Assembly: GCA_023213395.1 (NCBI GenBank)
Contig: CM041465.1
Span: forward strand, 89,783,741-89,847,740
Direction: 5' to 3'
Source: Cycas panzhihuaensis
Taxonomy: Eukaryota; Plantae; Cycadophyta
Length of the DNA stretch: 64,000 nucleotides
Shown here in pieces: positions 26,846 to 41,961 of this stretch. Under the pieces are notes generated by a model that worked only from the letters and a program-made list of their open reading frames with translations, was not told where the DNA came from and made no database searches. The stretch's first letter is position 1, and each line of letters starts with the position of its first letter. Made by a program: the position numbers and the translations under genes.

Positions 26846-29800
26846 GTCTGAGTATACCTTGATAAAATATTAATTATTATATAATGGTCCACACTAAAAA
26901 TTCTCACATAATTATGGGATTTTCTTAGATTGGTTGGATTTTATTATTGTTTTGTCAAAAAATATGCTTTGATAGTTGCTCCCCTAATAAACTTACTATG
27001 TAAAGATTAGTTTCAACGGTTAGTTGGAATTGATGATGCCTTCAATTATCTAAAAATACTTATGTCTTATACACTAGTCCTCATTACCCCTTATTTGTTA
27101 TAACCTTTTTAGATAAAATGTGATGCCTCTAGAGTTGGGATAGGAGTTATCTTCATATAGAATTTCCATCCCATTCATTTAAAAGCTAGAAGCTCAAAGA
27201 CCATGAGTGTCACTTTTCAACATATCAAAAGGAAATGAGGGTTATTCTTCATGCAGTAGATAAGTAGTATAAATATATACTTAGATCCAAGTTCAGTATT
27301 CTGAATGACCATCATAGTCTCTAACACCTATTAGATCAATTAGTTCTATTCGAGGAATAGGCCAAGTAGGTTAATAGACTTCAATTTTTTACTTTTCTAT
27401 TGCTTATAAAAAGGGCAAGGATAATGTTATTACAAATGCTCTTTTTCATCTTCCCATAGACCCAACCATTCAAGCCATTTCCCTCCTCTAATCCTTTGGC
27501 TAGATGACCTTGTCCATGATACTAAATCCTAGGTTAAATTTTCCACATGGAAAAATAAAGTCCAAAATCATGAAAACTAAGATCTATATAATAATTACCT
27601 TCTATATCAAAATCAAATTTTTGTCCATCTAGCATTATCCTTATCCCTCATATTCGAGTTGAATACCATAATAGTCTTCTTGGTAGTCACTCAGGGTTTG
27701 ATAAAACATACCACCAAATTCAATTAGACTTCTAATGGCCCTACATATAGTCCACCATCCTTATGTATGTCTTAAAATGTAAACCATGCTAATGAAATAA
27801 TGTTGAGAGCAAAACCCAACCTAGCCTCCTTCAATCCTTGAAAATCTCCCAAGATAAATGGTAATACATTGCCATGGATTTTATTAGTAGGTTACCATTA
27901 TCTATAGGATATGACTGCTGATAAGATAAGGTCCCAATAACCTGAAATCGCCACTAAGATCTAAACTATTTTTGTAACTAGTTACGGAAATCAAAACTAA
28001 AATTTAACATGCAAATTCCTAAACCAAAGATAATATAATAAAATGAATAAGAAAACCAAGCATCATATATACACATGATATAATGTGGTAAAACCCTAGT
28101 AGTGTGCTAGGGAAACATCCACATAGGAAAGGTATCGATCTTTATTATCAAGAATAGAGAAATGTATATAATCTATAACAAAGTGCTCACAACAACAACA
28201 ACCAGCCACCCAACTCCTCACAGTACATACAATACATTGAACACCATCAACATAATAAAAAATACTCTAAATTAGGCTACATGAGAGAGTCATACAAGGC
28301 ACAAATCTTGACCATAGAATCTAGGGTATTTTGAGTGAATGACCATGATTCTCTTTACAATTTAATATACTTTCTAGTGCTAGCTTTTTGGGTCAGGGGC
28401 TATCGCTCCCAAACCCCCCCTTTGTAAGGGGCGTTCTACACCCCCCACATCCCCTAGCCAAGGGGGGCTCCCACCACCCTTGGAACCCCCCAAGGAAGGT
28501 TTGGGGCAGAAATTGCACTGCCAACCTATCAAACTCTTAGCCTCCAAACCATTGTTGTTATATTATCTAACAATGACTCAATTTGGATCATCATCAACTA
28601 TAGTATGTTTACTTCTTACTAGTTCATATAATATACAAAGCTCCTTAGTTGGTCAATCTCTACATCTAATTTATCTTTCATCTTCATGGTTTCCCATCCA
28701 CCATAGTCTCTAACTATGATCTAAAATTCATAAGCACATTTTAGCAAGAATATTTTTGGGTATTCAACATTTTTTTTAACATGAGATCATCATATCATCC
28801 CTAAACAAATGGATAATTAGATGTCCTTAATAAAACATTGGAAACATACCTATGTTGTTTTTTATCAGACCATCAAAGCTATTGGACTTCTTGGTTGAAA
28901 CTAATAAAATATTGATATAACTCTTCCCGTCAATCTTCCATTGGGATGACCCCATTTATGGCCTTTTATGGATATCCCCCACCATCACACCACACATTGG
29001 ATACTAATTCTTAAACAATGAGAGCACTACAAAATCTATAAGATATAGATCAAATTTTATGTACTCTTAAACAAAACCTAATAACAGCACAAAATTGAAT
29101 GAAGTAATTAGCTAATAGCCACTAGTATGAGAGAGTATTTATTATGGGTGATTTGGTCTTCCTTCATCTCTAATCTTATAAGTAGCAATCTCCATACCAT
29201 AAGAAATCCCATAAATTAAGCCCTTGCTATTATGGCCCTTAAAAAGTTCTTTTAAGAATAGGTGAAGTTGTCTATACCCTAGACCTTCCCCCTGACTCCA
29301 AAATTCATAGTCTTTTATGTATCCTACTTAAAGAAATATCTCAAAATAGTTGATATCTCATAAACAACCCTTCCCATCCTCCATGAAGAAGGAGTCCTTA
29401 TGATCCCTCTAGTAGGTATTCTGGATTCTCACTAATGCCATATCTGGAATAGAACTATTTTTAAGTACTTAGTGTAGTGGGTTGAATGTGATCTTGATGA
29501 AGTAACTTAGGAATTAAAAGAATTTATCTAGTAACATCCCTACCTTTAGCACTTTGGGAACTCAATGTCTTAGGGAGGGAGACCTATTAAGTAGCATTCC
29601 AAGGTTAATAATACAAAAGCATCTAATCACATGGAGAAGGTTAAGGCTAAATCACAACTATATGAATAAGGAAAGGATAAGGAAAATTATTAATTCATGT
29701 GCACTAGTTGCATATCTCTACCAATGGGAGTTTAGAGCCTATGATGTTGCTAATAGGATATTAGAGTTAGTACCCATTCTTTTCTATATAAGGCCAAGTA

Positions 29801-29998
29801 ATTACAAAAAGAACACACAAACTATTTTATGATCTTCTGAGATCATACGAGAGTACATCTATCTTTTGGTGATCATTAAACGTTCTCGCACTCTATTTGT
29901 TATAATTATGCTTTTGGATTCATAATAAAAGATATTTTGAGCTCTCCAATATTCCTAAAGGTGTTCTTTAAGTGTAACTTATGGATGGGATTATTACA
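26845..29998 (+). mobile_element. Chromovirus (Ty3/Gypsy) 3' half: RNase H, integrase, chromodomain, PPT, 3' LTR
   Basis: FLRLVGFY, CDASRVGIGVIF, YKKGKDNVITNAL, GSHSGFDKTY, IAMDFISRLP; chromodomain KYLV*WV..DEVT*E..FI..HPYL (~29460-29550); PPT AGGGAGGGAG at 29572; LTR 29585-29998. Confidence 0.88.
27916..28572 (-). mobile_element. Solo LTR, family A, inside the chromovirus integrase
   Basis: TG...CA termini; perfect TSD ATGAC; the integrase frame resumes after it (..GYD|SIWII). Confidence 0.93.
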
Positions 29999-32900
29999 TC
30001 ATGTGAATGGTGGGATTATATATGTGTCATATCATTAACATTAAATATTACATATGTGATTAAATCACATATTCCAATATTTTTCCTTAGTGTTTAATAT
30101 CTTTAAATATTAGCCTTTAAGTCCATAATCTATTATTTATTTCATCCTATATAGCTATATCTATAATATGTATCCTATATCATTACTTGTAACCTGTAAT
30201 CATCATGTCATACATGTACTTAGCTCTTATAAGCATTAACTTGTATACATGTGTATAAAACTATATATAGTCATATATGTACCTTAGTGACTAGTTGTGA
30301 ATAACTAACCTATAAATATCAACCATTATTAACCAATATATGAAGTGTTTTCTTGAACATCTATATATATTCACCTATCAAGTGGCTTTCAAATATCATC
30401 AACTATCCATTAAATCAATAATATTAATAAACAAATTGATTACTAGGTCCATATAAAATAATAATCATCTATCAAAATATATGGGCAACCAACCTCTATA
30501 ATCACTAGTTTTTTAGGTAATTATTTTAGATATATGGTTCATCATCTTTTAAAATACTTATTACAAGAGTAACATAATCTTGCCTCTTGCATACAAGTTA
30601 GAATAACACAATTGAGTGTGTTATGCAAGAGTATCTTGTGAAACTTTACTTGTCTCTTATGAATAAGATTTTTGTTTATGTGCGTTATCACTTGTACACT
30701 TCTATAAAGTTTTTTTTGTAATCATTCTTTAATTACATTATCAAATCAAATATCTTAAAATAACTAACTTTAAAAACAAATCAAACTACTTGGCCAATAC
30801 AAGTTAGATGCAACAAGGTAATATTAAAATATGTTTCTATGCCTCCTGTTATACATGGCTAATTAAAATTCTCACTAGCAAATACAAATAAATATCATAA
30901 TTTAACTAGATAATCTCAATAGCTAATTATTAATTGGATAACATCAATAACTAATTTAGTATGCTAATAAATAAATATATGAGACTTTTCTCCTTGTCTC
31001 ACTAATAGATAGAATTTCTCTTATTAACTCCTCACCTCTTTAACATCAATTAAACTAGGCCTTTTATTAAAATATTAGGTGGTAACATCAATCATCAAAT
31101 AGGTATAATCATTATTCATTAAAAAAACTATCCAAATAACCAAGTGATTTGTTATTTAATTAGTGTTGTGTAATTCCACTAGACTAAATATATTAATTTT
31201 AAGGGGGTTTTGCATAACTAACATATTAATAAGTTTTACATATCAATATTATATCAAATATATCTCACTTAATGTATTTTTTAATTATTTTGAGCCTTTA
31301 AATATCATAAATGAGCCTTAAATTTATCACTTTTAAATAAAACTTTCTTTCTCTTTCTCAATCAACTAGAAATATCTTCTTTATCATATTTAGAGCCTTT
31401 CAAAACATTATAATATCTAAAAATTTTCATAAACATGGTTATAGAATGTAATTGTATGAGGTTAAAAGTACTTTTACCAACTTCACCCATTAATATCTTT
31501 ATCATCTACTATCTAAAATATGTCTTGCAATAACTCATTTTAATCATCTCAAAGTTCTCTTTCCAATGCAACTAACAACACTTGATTCTAATATTCTAGT
31601 GAGACGTTATGGTGGAAATATGCTAGTGTATCTTGAAAATTTATGCAATCCTTTAGAAATTAGATTTAAAATTCTAAAGTATTTTTAATTTGATTAATAA
31701 TTTTTATAATTGAAAAAACTTTCAATCTAGTTTAATTTGATTTAGAATCTTCCCCTTTTAATGATAAGCCCTTGGTCTTATGGCTTGCCCATGTGACCAC
31801 CTACTAATCTGGTGGGGCGCTAATAAATTTTAAAATTTTATTAAAAATAATTCAATTTAAAAAATATTTTACAAATTTTTATCCTTTTAAAAAATATACT
31901 ATGTTAAAATTCTCTATAATATCAAATCATTAGGCATTTATAATTTATAGAGCTAATTGATTTTATGGAAATAAGTTAAATGACTATGCCATAAGGCATC
32001 TTTCTCTATGTGGCACAAAGTTTTTTATGGTTAACTCTATATATGGTTTTGTCTATCCATGGAAATTTTTGTGGCTATGATTTGTGCATATAGGCAATTT
32101 ATATTTTTTCTTGAATAGGGCAACTCAGTGGATATTTCTAAGCTTATTCAAATGGGAGGTGATGTTGGGTATTACGCTTCACTTCTTCATTTTACATCAT
32201 AAGACAAGGGTGATGCCATGTTGAATTATCACTAGTAGAGCTAAGACAAGTATGTAGCACATGTTGAATTATTATGATGATGAAATGAAAATATTTGTGA
32301 GGGCATCATCATTATGAAAATTATACACACACACACACACACACATACATTATGGATGTTATTATTATTTAAGGGCATGAGAAAATAAAAATTAATATTA
32401 AGGGCATTATAGATGGTAACTTTACCAAATAGGCTACTCTTTATAATGTACAAACTTGTTACATACTTCATGTCTCACTAATAGGGTACTAACTTCATTC
32501 TAGTAGCAAATCTCTATTTGAGACACTCATAAAGCCCTTTAGAATGGTTTATTAGTGATAATGAATCTTGAAGTAGGACTCTTACAACTGCCTTCATAAA
32601 TGAACTAGAAACTTATCTTCATAACATTCTATCTTGTTGTATCTAGTTATGAGATTATGTGAGATGTTTAGTCTCATAAAATCTTGATCACTTTGTAGGG
32701 GGTAGCCTATTTGGTAAAGTTACTAGTGATAGTTTCTTGTCTCCTCATCACATCATTAGTGGGCTCACATTTTCAAATACTTGGATATTCATGAATATAT
32801 ACATAACATGCTAAAATAACATCCATAATAAATTAAATTAACATACCATTAATTTATTGTCATTCATGCAACTTCATGTATCTTCATCTCTATATGTGGC

Positions 32901-33594
32901 TCTTCATTAATCTTCATCTTTCTCCTATATCTTGGTCACATGTCACTAGCAAAGTTGGCATATTTAGACTATAGGATCATCGTATCCACCTCATAATTGG
33001 CTCTTGTACTAGCTCTATATAGGCTTCTTTCATGTTGCACAAGATCTTTCAACTAACTATGGATTTGATACAATGATAGAATTTATAATTATAATTGTAA
33101 TGCTATATTAGAAATGTATAGTATAACACAATGAAATATATCATGCATGTATGATAATTGAATTATCTCATGAGTATATATACATATGTAAAGGATAAAT
33201 ATGAATGTAAAGTAAGTAACATATAAATCATGCATCATAACTATTATAAGCATTCACCATACCAGAGACACTGAGATTTATATGTGGAAAACTCGGTGTG
33301 GGAAAAATTATAAGAGAAGGTGGAGTTGGGAGCTCCTCTTAATGATCAGAATAATTACATCTCTAGGTCATAGATCATTTTCAAGTTCTCAAGTGGTATG
33401 TGTACATGTTTATATCAAGAGTTACCTCATGAGTATCCTATCATTTCTCTTGACCCTTTTCATCATCTAATAGCATATTTACATAGATATATTTACCTTT
33501 CACATCTCTCAATATATATGAATAATAGGATTGTGTATGTGTCACATCATTAATATTAAACATTACATATGTGATTAAATCACATATTCCAATA
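29999..33594 (-). mobile_element. LTR element D without recognisable gag/pol (non-autonomous-like)
   Basis: 5' LTR 33074-33594 with a PBS-like stretch at 33062-33073; matching 3' LTR fragment 29999-30079 cut by the chromovirus; purine tract at 30080-30088. Confidence 0.6.
32416..32723. mobile_element. MITE-like element with 22-bp terminal inverted repeats
   Basis: GTAACTTTACCAAATAGGCTAC (32416-32437) is the exact reverse complement of 32702-32723; non-coding interior; TSD not resolved. Confidence 0.7.
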
Positions 33595-34236
33595 ATTTCC
33601 TTTGTATTTAACTAAAATAGGTGTAATCATGATTTATTTACCTTTGTTTTTTAGGAATCATTCTTATAGACTCTATTCTCATTGCAAACAACATCTCTGC
33701 TTATGATAATCTTCTTTCTTTTTGGGTTATATAGTTTATAGGCCTTTGATTCTTCTAAATAGCATATAAAGACACACTTTACACATATATATTATGACTT
33801 AATTCTTATTTTATTTGGTATATGGGTGTATGTGATACACCCAAAATTTATTAAATGTTAAATATTTAGTTGATGTTTTAATCATGTTTACTATGTTTTC
33901 TCTTTGTTCATACTAGTGACTACCTTTGTTGTATATCTATTAAGTAAGTAAACCATTGTATTAGCTACTTCATCCTAAAACTCATTTCCAAGTCTAAGTC
34001 TTAAGCACGATTCTTTTTATTTTTATTATAGTTTTATTTCTTTCTCTACTATTCCATTTTATCATGGAGTATATGGATTAGAAAGCTACCTCCTAATCTA
34101 ATGCCTTTAATAAGAAACCTTAAACTCATTTGATATGAATTCTCCCTTATTATTTGATCTTAGGAGAAAAATATAAAGACCACTTTATTTTTCAATCATG
34201 GTCTTGAATTTAATAAGTTTTTCAAATACCTTTTTA

Positions 34237-37200
34237 TGATGGATGTTAATGCATCAAGGTCATTTAATTAATTAGATAAATTATATGAAGGTGACTTTAT
34301 GTTAGCTAAGTTACATAATTAAATGTAATTTCATTTACATTTAAGTGTAATTTTGGGATCATGTCATTAGGTGGAAAACTCCTATGGAAACCCTTATGCA
34401 CATCCTCTAATATATAAGATTGAATGTGAAGGGGAGAGAAATAATTCTCACCTCTTATTTTTACATTCAATCTTATTCTCTCTATTTTATTTTTCTTGTG
34501 TGCCATTGCTTTAGTATAGTAGATTATGGCACTAGATCCTTCACCCAACAATTAGTATCAGAGCTATTGTTGATTACATTTTCCTATTAGGCTTACACAG
34601 ATCCATTGATGTCTCTCACTCATAATTCATATAAGGTTGAGAGCTTATTTGAGAGCTTTATTTTGCATTAAAGAGCTTTAAATTTTATTATTTTATATAT
34701 TATTGTATCTTCTATGTGTCTAGAATTACATAGGTAAAAAAGATTTATTTATGAAGTCATTTGAATGCTGAAACAACTCCAAACTATATTTTAAAAGCCA
34801 AAATTTTGTAAAAACAATTACAGTCTTTGATTTCAATGAAATTTGATATGCAGGGTTGTCTAATCAAGAGGAGTAATTTTATCTTTTGGAGCATCTTCAG
34901 ATTTAACTTGTAATAGCCACATTTGGTTCAAATATATTTTTTATCTATTTAAAAGATCTACTACTAATTTATTTAGTTCTAATTATTTTTTCTAAAATTT
35001 TTTAAGGGTTTTAGTATATTTAAATAAAATATCTATTTTAGATCTGGTCTCATTAAATTTCATTAAGTATTAAGTGTGAATTTCTGCAAAAAATATCCAA
35101 ATTCAAGCATGCAATTTAGGGTATTTTTCCTCAATGAAATTCTTTAAATCTAAGGTTATAATCTAAAAATTTTTTAAGGGCTTTAGTAGATTTGTGTCTC
35201 AAGAAAAATTTGAGACTTATTTCATCAAATTTCATCCACTAGTTAATGAGAATTTTATAGTTTTCTGACAAATGCTAATTTGCTTATTCAACCATGTAGA
35301 AACATTTTGAGGGCATTTCAAGTAATTTCTTAGCCATTTTTTGAGTTATTGTAGAAGGAAATTTTGATGTACATATCGAAATAAAGATTTTGACATATTA
35401 AAGTTTGGATTTTGAGACAATAAATCTGGTAAAAATGTTTTGTGTCTTTTTCAAAAATTTAACTTCACTATCTTATCAAAAATGTCATTCTGAGCACTTT
35501 TTTCTTCTATAATAAATTCAAATTCTATCATCCAGGCCTTCATATTTGTATTTTTTATATAATTCTACCCATTTATTATTATTTATAAATTTTGTGAAAT
35601 AAAATCATAAAATAGGAAAAAATAGCATGCTCTTAGATTTAACAAAATCATTATTTTAGTGGTAAGTTGATCTACTTTTTGGTCTTTTGTGGCTTTTGGA
35701 TTAAAATTTCTAAAATTATATTTAGAAACATTATACTAAAGTAAGGGAAACCTTGGATCAAAAGAAACATCTAGTTCTGCTACTAAAGCTAAAATATTCT
35801 TTCTATTTGTAGAAGGTATAAAGTGAACACATAAAATTGTAATAGCAATAAGCATGCATAGAAGACAAGCAAGTATTTGGCATCTTTCTATTTTATTTTT
35901 AAGTTCAAGTTATTTAAAAATAACTTGCACTCTTTCCTAAAAGGAATCTCATCTATATGTCTTATACCACTATCTTTTGACCTATGTGCACACTCACCTT
36001 AGTTAAAATAGACCATAATTGGCCAAAGTTTGAGCCCTAAGGGAGGTGTTGGTTTCATACAAGGTTTGTTCTTAACTAGAATAATGGTGGAGGGATAGAT
36101 TATCCATACATATGACCTCCAATCAGGGATAATCTTGATAACCACCTAGAAAAACTAAAAACTCTAATCAAGATTAAAATATAATTGATCCAATGTCTAT
36201 CATAGCCATGGGATATACGCGTACCACCTTTTGAGGTTAGGTATATCACTACTCATTAGTGAATGGGATGAGGACTAGCAGTACCTAGGCTCTATGTTGT
36301 CTCAATAATGGTGTAGGTATCATGGGTGAAGGCCCTAATATATATACTAGAATCCTCCTTAGGCATTGACACCTCAACTACTTTGGAATTTAGATAAAGG
36401 TTTGGGTTTAATCATATATCCTACATCACACTTGGTTTTTAGTTGTGTACACCCACATACTAGCTCCTACATGGGTATAATCTTAATTATATGATTACAT
36501 AACACATCATTTATCTTTGTGATCCTTATACTACCATTTGTACATATTATCATTGCCACTTATACATATCATCAAACCCTATTATGTCAGGAGTATTTTC
36601 CATAAATATTAGTGGCTTATTATCATTACTTGTTATTTAATCATATTTCCCCATACTATGACAGGTGTATTAGCCACATGCATTAGTGGCATTTTTATTT
36701 ATTATTTCTTCACTATCTCTTTTACTTCATCATCTTCACTATGTCTTCTAAGTTTAAGTATAACATGAACTTCATCTTGAAAGGGAAAGATAATTGGGAT
36801 CTATGGTATTCTAAAGTCAAGGACACTGCTATATACGAAGGCCTTTGGAGAGCCCATCTATAACGTACACCTATCATCCTTGTGATAACAACAACACCTA
36901 CCTCTAGAGGAACCCCACCTATAGCTCTAACAAATCCTATAGTTAAATTACAATGGCAAATTGGTGATGAGAATATTCGTGTAGGTATTCTATTGGTGAC
37001 TAATCACTTCTTAGAAAATCTAATTGATGAAGAACAATATGATATAACTTGGAAAGTCCTTGAGGTTCTTAAAAAAAAAATTGATGCAAAGTCTAACCTT
37101 GAATTTGTTCATCTAATCTTAAAGATTAACAAGATAAAGATGGAAAAGGGATATGCACCTTAAATAATCAACCTCTTTCAACCAATCAAATAAGTAATAG

Positions 37201-40200
37201 ACAAGAATTTTAAGACCCAATATATTACATGGGTATTCCTCATACAATCATATTTACATATACCTGATTATAAGAACTTGCTTGGGAGTCTTTAATCAAG
37301 TGGAACATTGAAGATGCTTAACTTTGAAACTCTTACAGAGAAGTTTATAAATTTTGATAAGACCTTTCATACTAATTTTGTAACTTTAGATTCTTTTCTA
37401 AATGTAGCTTTTGATGTGGAAGAAGAAGTATATTTCTTAAAGAATTAGGGTCCTTCTTGTGGTAGAGGAAATTACCGGGTAAGGGGTAGAGGATGAGGTA
37501 GAGGAAATTGACCACTATATCAACAAAACCCTCAATAATAGTAACCTATATAGTCTTAAGGCCAAGCGCCATCTTTTAATATAAGACATTTAGGTAAAAC
37601 TAGTAATTTAAGGACTAGGAATCAGATTATCATATGTGAAAGGTATAACAAGAGAGGACACCTTGTAAAGGACTATTGTATACTTACAAACAAGCTACCC
37701 AAGTATCAATAGAAATATAAGGCTCATAATATTGATGAAGCATATGAAGAACAATTTAGTGGTGTAGGTTTTGCTTAAGTATACATCAAAAGACTTGAGG
37801 GATCCTTATCAGTAGAAGCCATTGATCAAACTAAGAGGTATTTTGAATCCCATTGTGGATATGCTACCTGTGATCTTAAATTACTAATGCAAACCCCTCT
37901 TGGAGTTGCAAATGATATAACTTAAAACACCTCCTCATGGATCATGGATACATGAATGACACAACATATGACCTGCAATCATGATCTATATCAAACTTTT
38001 GATTCCAATGTATATGGTGTCATTCACATAGATGATAAATCCCAAGAACCAGTTGAAGGTATTAGAAACATATGCTTGAAACTCTTAGTCTTGAGAGATT
38101 TTTCATTACTTGATGTCTTGTATATTCCTAATCTAAAATAAAACCTACTCTCCTTATCTACTCTTGTCTCTTATGAATTTAATCTTAGTGTTTCCACAAA
38201 TTACTAGACTCTCTAGGTCATTCACCCTCTAACAAATCAAGTGGTCTTTATTAGAGTGCTTACTAGTAAATTATTTAGATTGAATGACTTCCTATTTTCT
38301 AAAACCAACTGTTCTCAAAGCCCTTGTGCTGATGAAGACATTGCCTTTAATACCACTTTAAGACACTCTAAGCTATCCTAAGATGCTCTGTGACATGTTC
38401 ACATGGGCCACATTCATATTAATCAACTTAGAGATCTTTATCACACCCTTCCAAGTCTACCCAAGTTCTCCTCCAAGCCCTTTAAATGCAAATCCTGTAT
38501 TATAGCCAAATCTCATATATAGACTTTTACCGATAGTTAGTGGAAATCAAGTCATCCTCTTCAATTAGCACACTCTGATCTATACAAACTAATGCCCATT
38601 CCATTATTAAAGTAGAAATTATATTACATATACTTCATTGATAATTTTACCAAGAAAGTATGGGTGGTTTTTCTGACCAAGAAAGATGAGGTATTTGGTA
38701 TCCTTAAAGTCTTTAAAACTCATACCAAAAATGAGTCAGGTTATCAGATTAAGTGTCTCTAAATAGATAACAATAGGGAATATATCTCTATTGAGTTTGA
38801 AAACTACCTACGAGATAATGACATCAAGCCTCACACTATAATAGTAGGCACCCCTAACAGAATAGAGTTATCAAGCCATGAATAGGTCTATTATGAATAT
38901 GGCCTGAGCTATGTTGGTTTATAAAAATGTACCTACTTACCTGTGGGTGAAAGCAATTTGGATAAATTTTTACTATATCAATGCTATCAGCCCATCTAAA
39001 GTAGGAACTTCTCCTAATGAAAGTGGACTAGATAGACCCTACTACCTACCACTTCAGACTATTTAGCTCAACATGTTATGCTTATATAGTAGATGGAGAT
39101 AGAAATAAACTCCAGCCCAAGGCCCTTAAAGGCATCTTTATTGTATATCCTAGGGATAAGAAAGGGCACAAGGTCTTTATACCTTCATAGTAAAATATTA
39201 TCATCACTAGAGACATGGTGTTTACTAAAATAAAGGATCAATTATTATGATTTGACTCCAAAATACCAAATTATTATTATTATGGTACTACTTAATATGA
39301 TATACAGATTTTAAACTTTAGGGGTGGAGACACTCAAGAGTTACTCAAACTATTGAAATCTGACAATAGAGCCATGGAGGATAGTAATTGTGACTCTAAA
39401 CTAATGAATGCACATCATACACCACCATTCAAGAACAACAGAGTTGACAAAGGTAAAGTACTTGTAGATGGATCATACTCTCCAAATACATTAATATCCT
39501 CCTTGATAAATATACAAAATGATACTTTTTAGGATCCAAATAAAAACTATGTAATTAGAAAAATGAAGACCTCATTCCTAACTCAAGGTTCTCATGAAGC
39601 CTGTCAGCTAAATAAGGATATATGACCTAATAAGGTAGGCAAAATTAGAACTAGAAGTGCTTACAGAGCTAAGATGCAAAAATCACTCTCCATTAAGCTA
39701 GAATCGATAAAACTACATCTTACATTCAATGAAGAGCCCCTCTTATACCAAGAAGTTGTAAAACACATAGCTTGGGGAGATGCCATAAATGAAGAGTATC
39801 AATCTCTTATTGAAAATAGTACATGGAAGCTCATCGACCTACCACTTGGAAGAAAGATAATTCAAAACAAATGGATGTATGAAAATAAATATAGATCTAA
39901 TGATACCTTTGAAAAATACAAGTGAGGTTGGTATCAAATGGATTTATGTAAAGAGAAGGCATCGACTACATTGAAATTTTTTTACCTATGATTGAGTGGC
40001 TCATAATTAAAACTCTTGTGGCCTTGGCAGCTCAACAAGGCTAGAAGATTCACCAACTTGATTTGAAAATCACATTTCTTAATGGTGATCATGAAGAAGA
40101 AATCTATATGGTTAAACCTGAAGGATTTGAGATTGTTGGTCAAGAGCATAAGGTGTGAAAGCTCAAAAAGTCCTTGTACAGCCTTAAACAAGCCCCTCGT

Positions 40201-41961
40201 GCTTGGTTCATCAAGTTGTCAGAAAGAATAAGGAAACTTGGATATGAGGTTTGTGACTACCAAGATATTGATGCAACATTATTCATAAAATGCTAAAAAA
40301 ATAAAGTCACTTATCTCTTAATCTTTATAGACGATATGCTATATAATGTGGAATAATAAACAGACAATCGACCAACTAAAGAAGGGCTTAGCTAAAACAT
40401 TTAAATTATCTAACCTTGGGTTAATGAAATACTACTTAGGGATTGAAATCACTCAGAAAGATAGCAAAATCTTTCTTTCTCAAGAAAAGTACATTAATGA
40501 TCTTCTAACAAAGTTTCAGTTGGAAGATGCTCGACTTGCAGCCACTCCAATAGAACCTAATACCAAACTAGTAGTTAGCAGTAATGATCAAGAGATAGAT
40601 GTAACACTTTATAGATAACTTATATGGAGTCTCATCTATACTACTAATACAAGATCTGATATTACATACTCTATCGACATTCTTTCTTATTACATGACAA
40701 ATCCTAAGTAGAATCACTGGTAAGTAGTAGTACAAGTGTTGAGGTACCTTAAGATGACTAGCAAATATGGTCTGCTATATGAACCTAATTTAGAGTTTAA
40801 ATTATATGTATATATAAATTCAGACTTTGCCAAAGATAAAGACACAGGGAGATCCATATCCAGGTATACAACATTTCTTAGAACAACACCAATATCATGG
40901 AGATCCATGATAGTAAAAGATAATTATAGACTCAACTACCGAAGTTGAATATATTATTATTTCTAAGACTAAAAAAGAGATGATATGGCTAAGAAAATTA
41001 TTGAGAACATTAAATATCCACATGGCTAAGAATCTTGTATTTCATTATAATACCAAACATATCAATACTAAAGTCCATAGGATTTGAGAACTGGTTCAAG
41101 ATGAAACAATTCAACTAGAATACTTTCCCATAACAAATCAAGTGGTTGATATATTTACTAAACCACTACAAAGAGTGAAGTTTGAATAGTTCAAAAAGTA
41201 GTTGAACCTTCGAGCCTCCATCTCTGACTAATTGGAGGAGATGGTCATAGGATCAACATACTCTGTCTCATTCATAAAAATCCCATGTAGGGGTAGAAGG
41301 ACAATAGTAAGTCTCTACTTTGTCATATTTGTAAAAACCCCTTGTTGGCACATAAGGATAAGGATTATACTAGTCTTAGAAAATTAGAACCTATGAAAAC
41401 CCAAAAGGGTATGGGAGATGACCAAATGGTATATAGGGACTCAACAGATCAAGCTATACATTTAAGTTGCTTGGCTATTAGGTTACATCATAAGCCACTT
41501 TAGCTATTTTGATTTATAAAGGGGGTTATAGATCTTAGAAACTCTATGGGTAGTATTATTTATAATTTTAATATAATAATGAGGCTCAAATAAATACCTC
41601 ATAGAATAGATTTTATCATAATGACCTTTTACTATTAAGGGGAGGATTGATGGATGTTAATCAATCAAGGTTATTAAATTAATTAGATAAATTATATGAA
41701 GGTGACTTTAGGTTAGATAAGTCACATAGTTAAATGCAATATCATTTACATTTAAGTGTGATTTTGGGATCATGTTATTAGGCAAGAAACTTCTCTAAAA
41801 ACTCTAATGCACATCCTTTGATATATAAAAATAAATGTAAAGGGGAGAGAAATAATTCTCACCTCTTATTTTTACTCTCAATCTTATTCTCTCTATTTTT
41901 CTCTTCTTATGTGTCATTGCTTTAGTGTAGTGGATTGTGGAACTAGATCCTTCACCCAACA
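34237..41961 (+). mobile_element. Full-length degenerate Ty1/Copia element B1
   Basis: 314-bp LTRs at 34237-34550 and 41648-41961; TSD TTTTA; PBS TAGTATCAGAGC at 34553; PPT AAGGGGAGGAT at 41637; 2.2 kb leader. Confidence 0.95.
36741..41231 (+). pseudogene. B1 gag-pol
   Basis: Gag FILKGKDNWDLWYSKVK; protease WIMDT; integrase FIDNFTKKVWV; RT TWKLIDLPLGRKIIQNKW and FIDDML; RNase H TKHI..QVVDIFTKPL. Confidence 0.92.

Noticed and set aside
36080-36155. Twister-like GGTGGAGGG ... TAACCACC
   Set aside because: The register is off by one and the GGUCCCAAGCCC-type P4 element is missing; kept only as generic structure.
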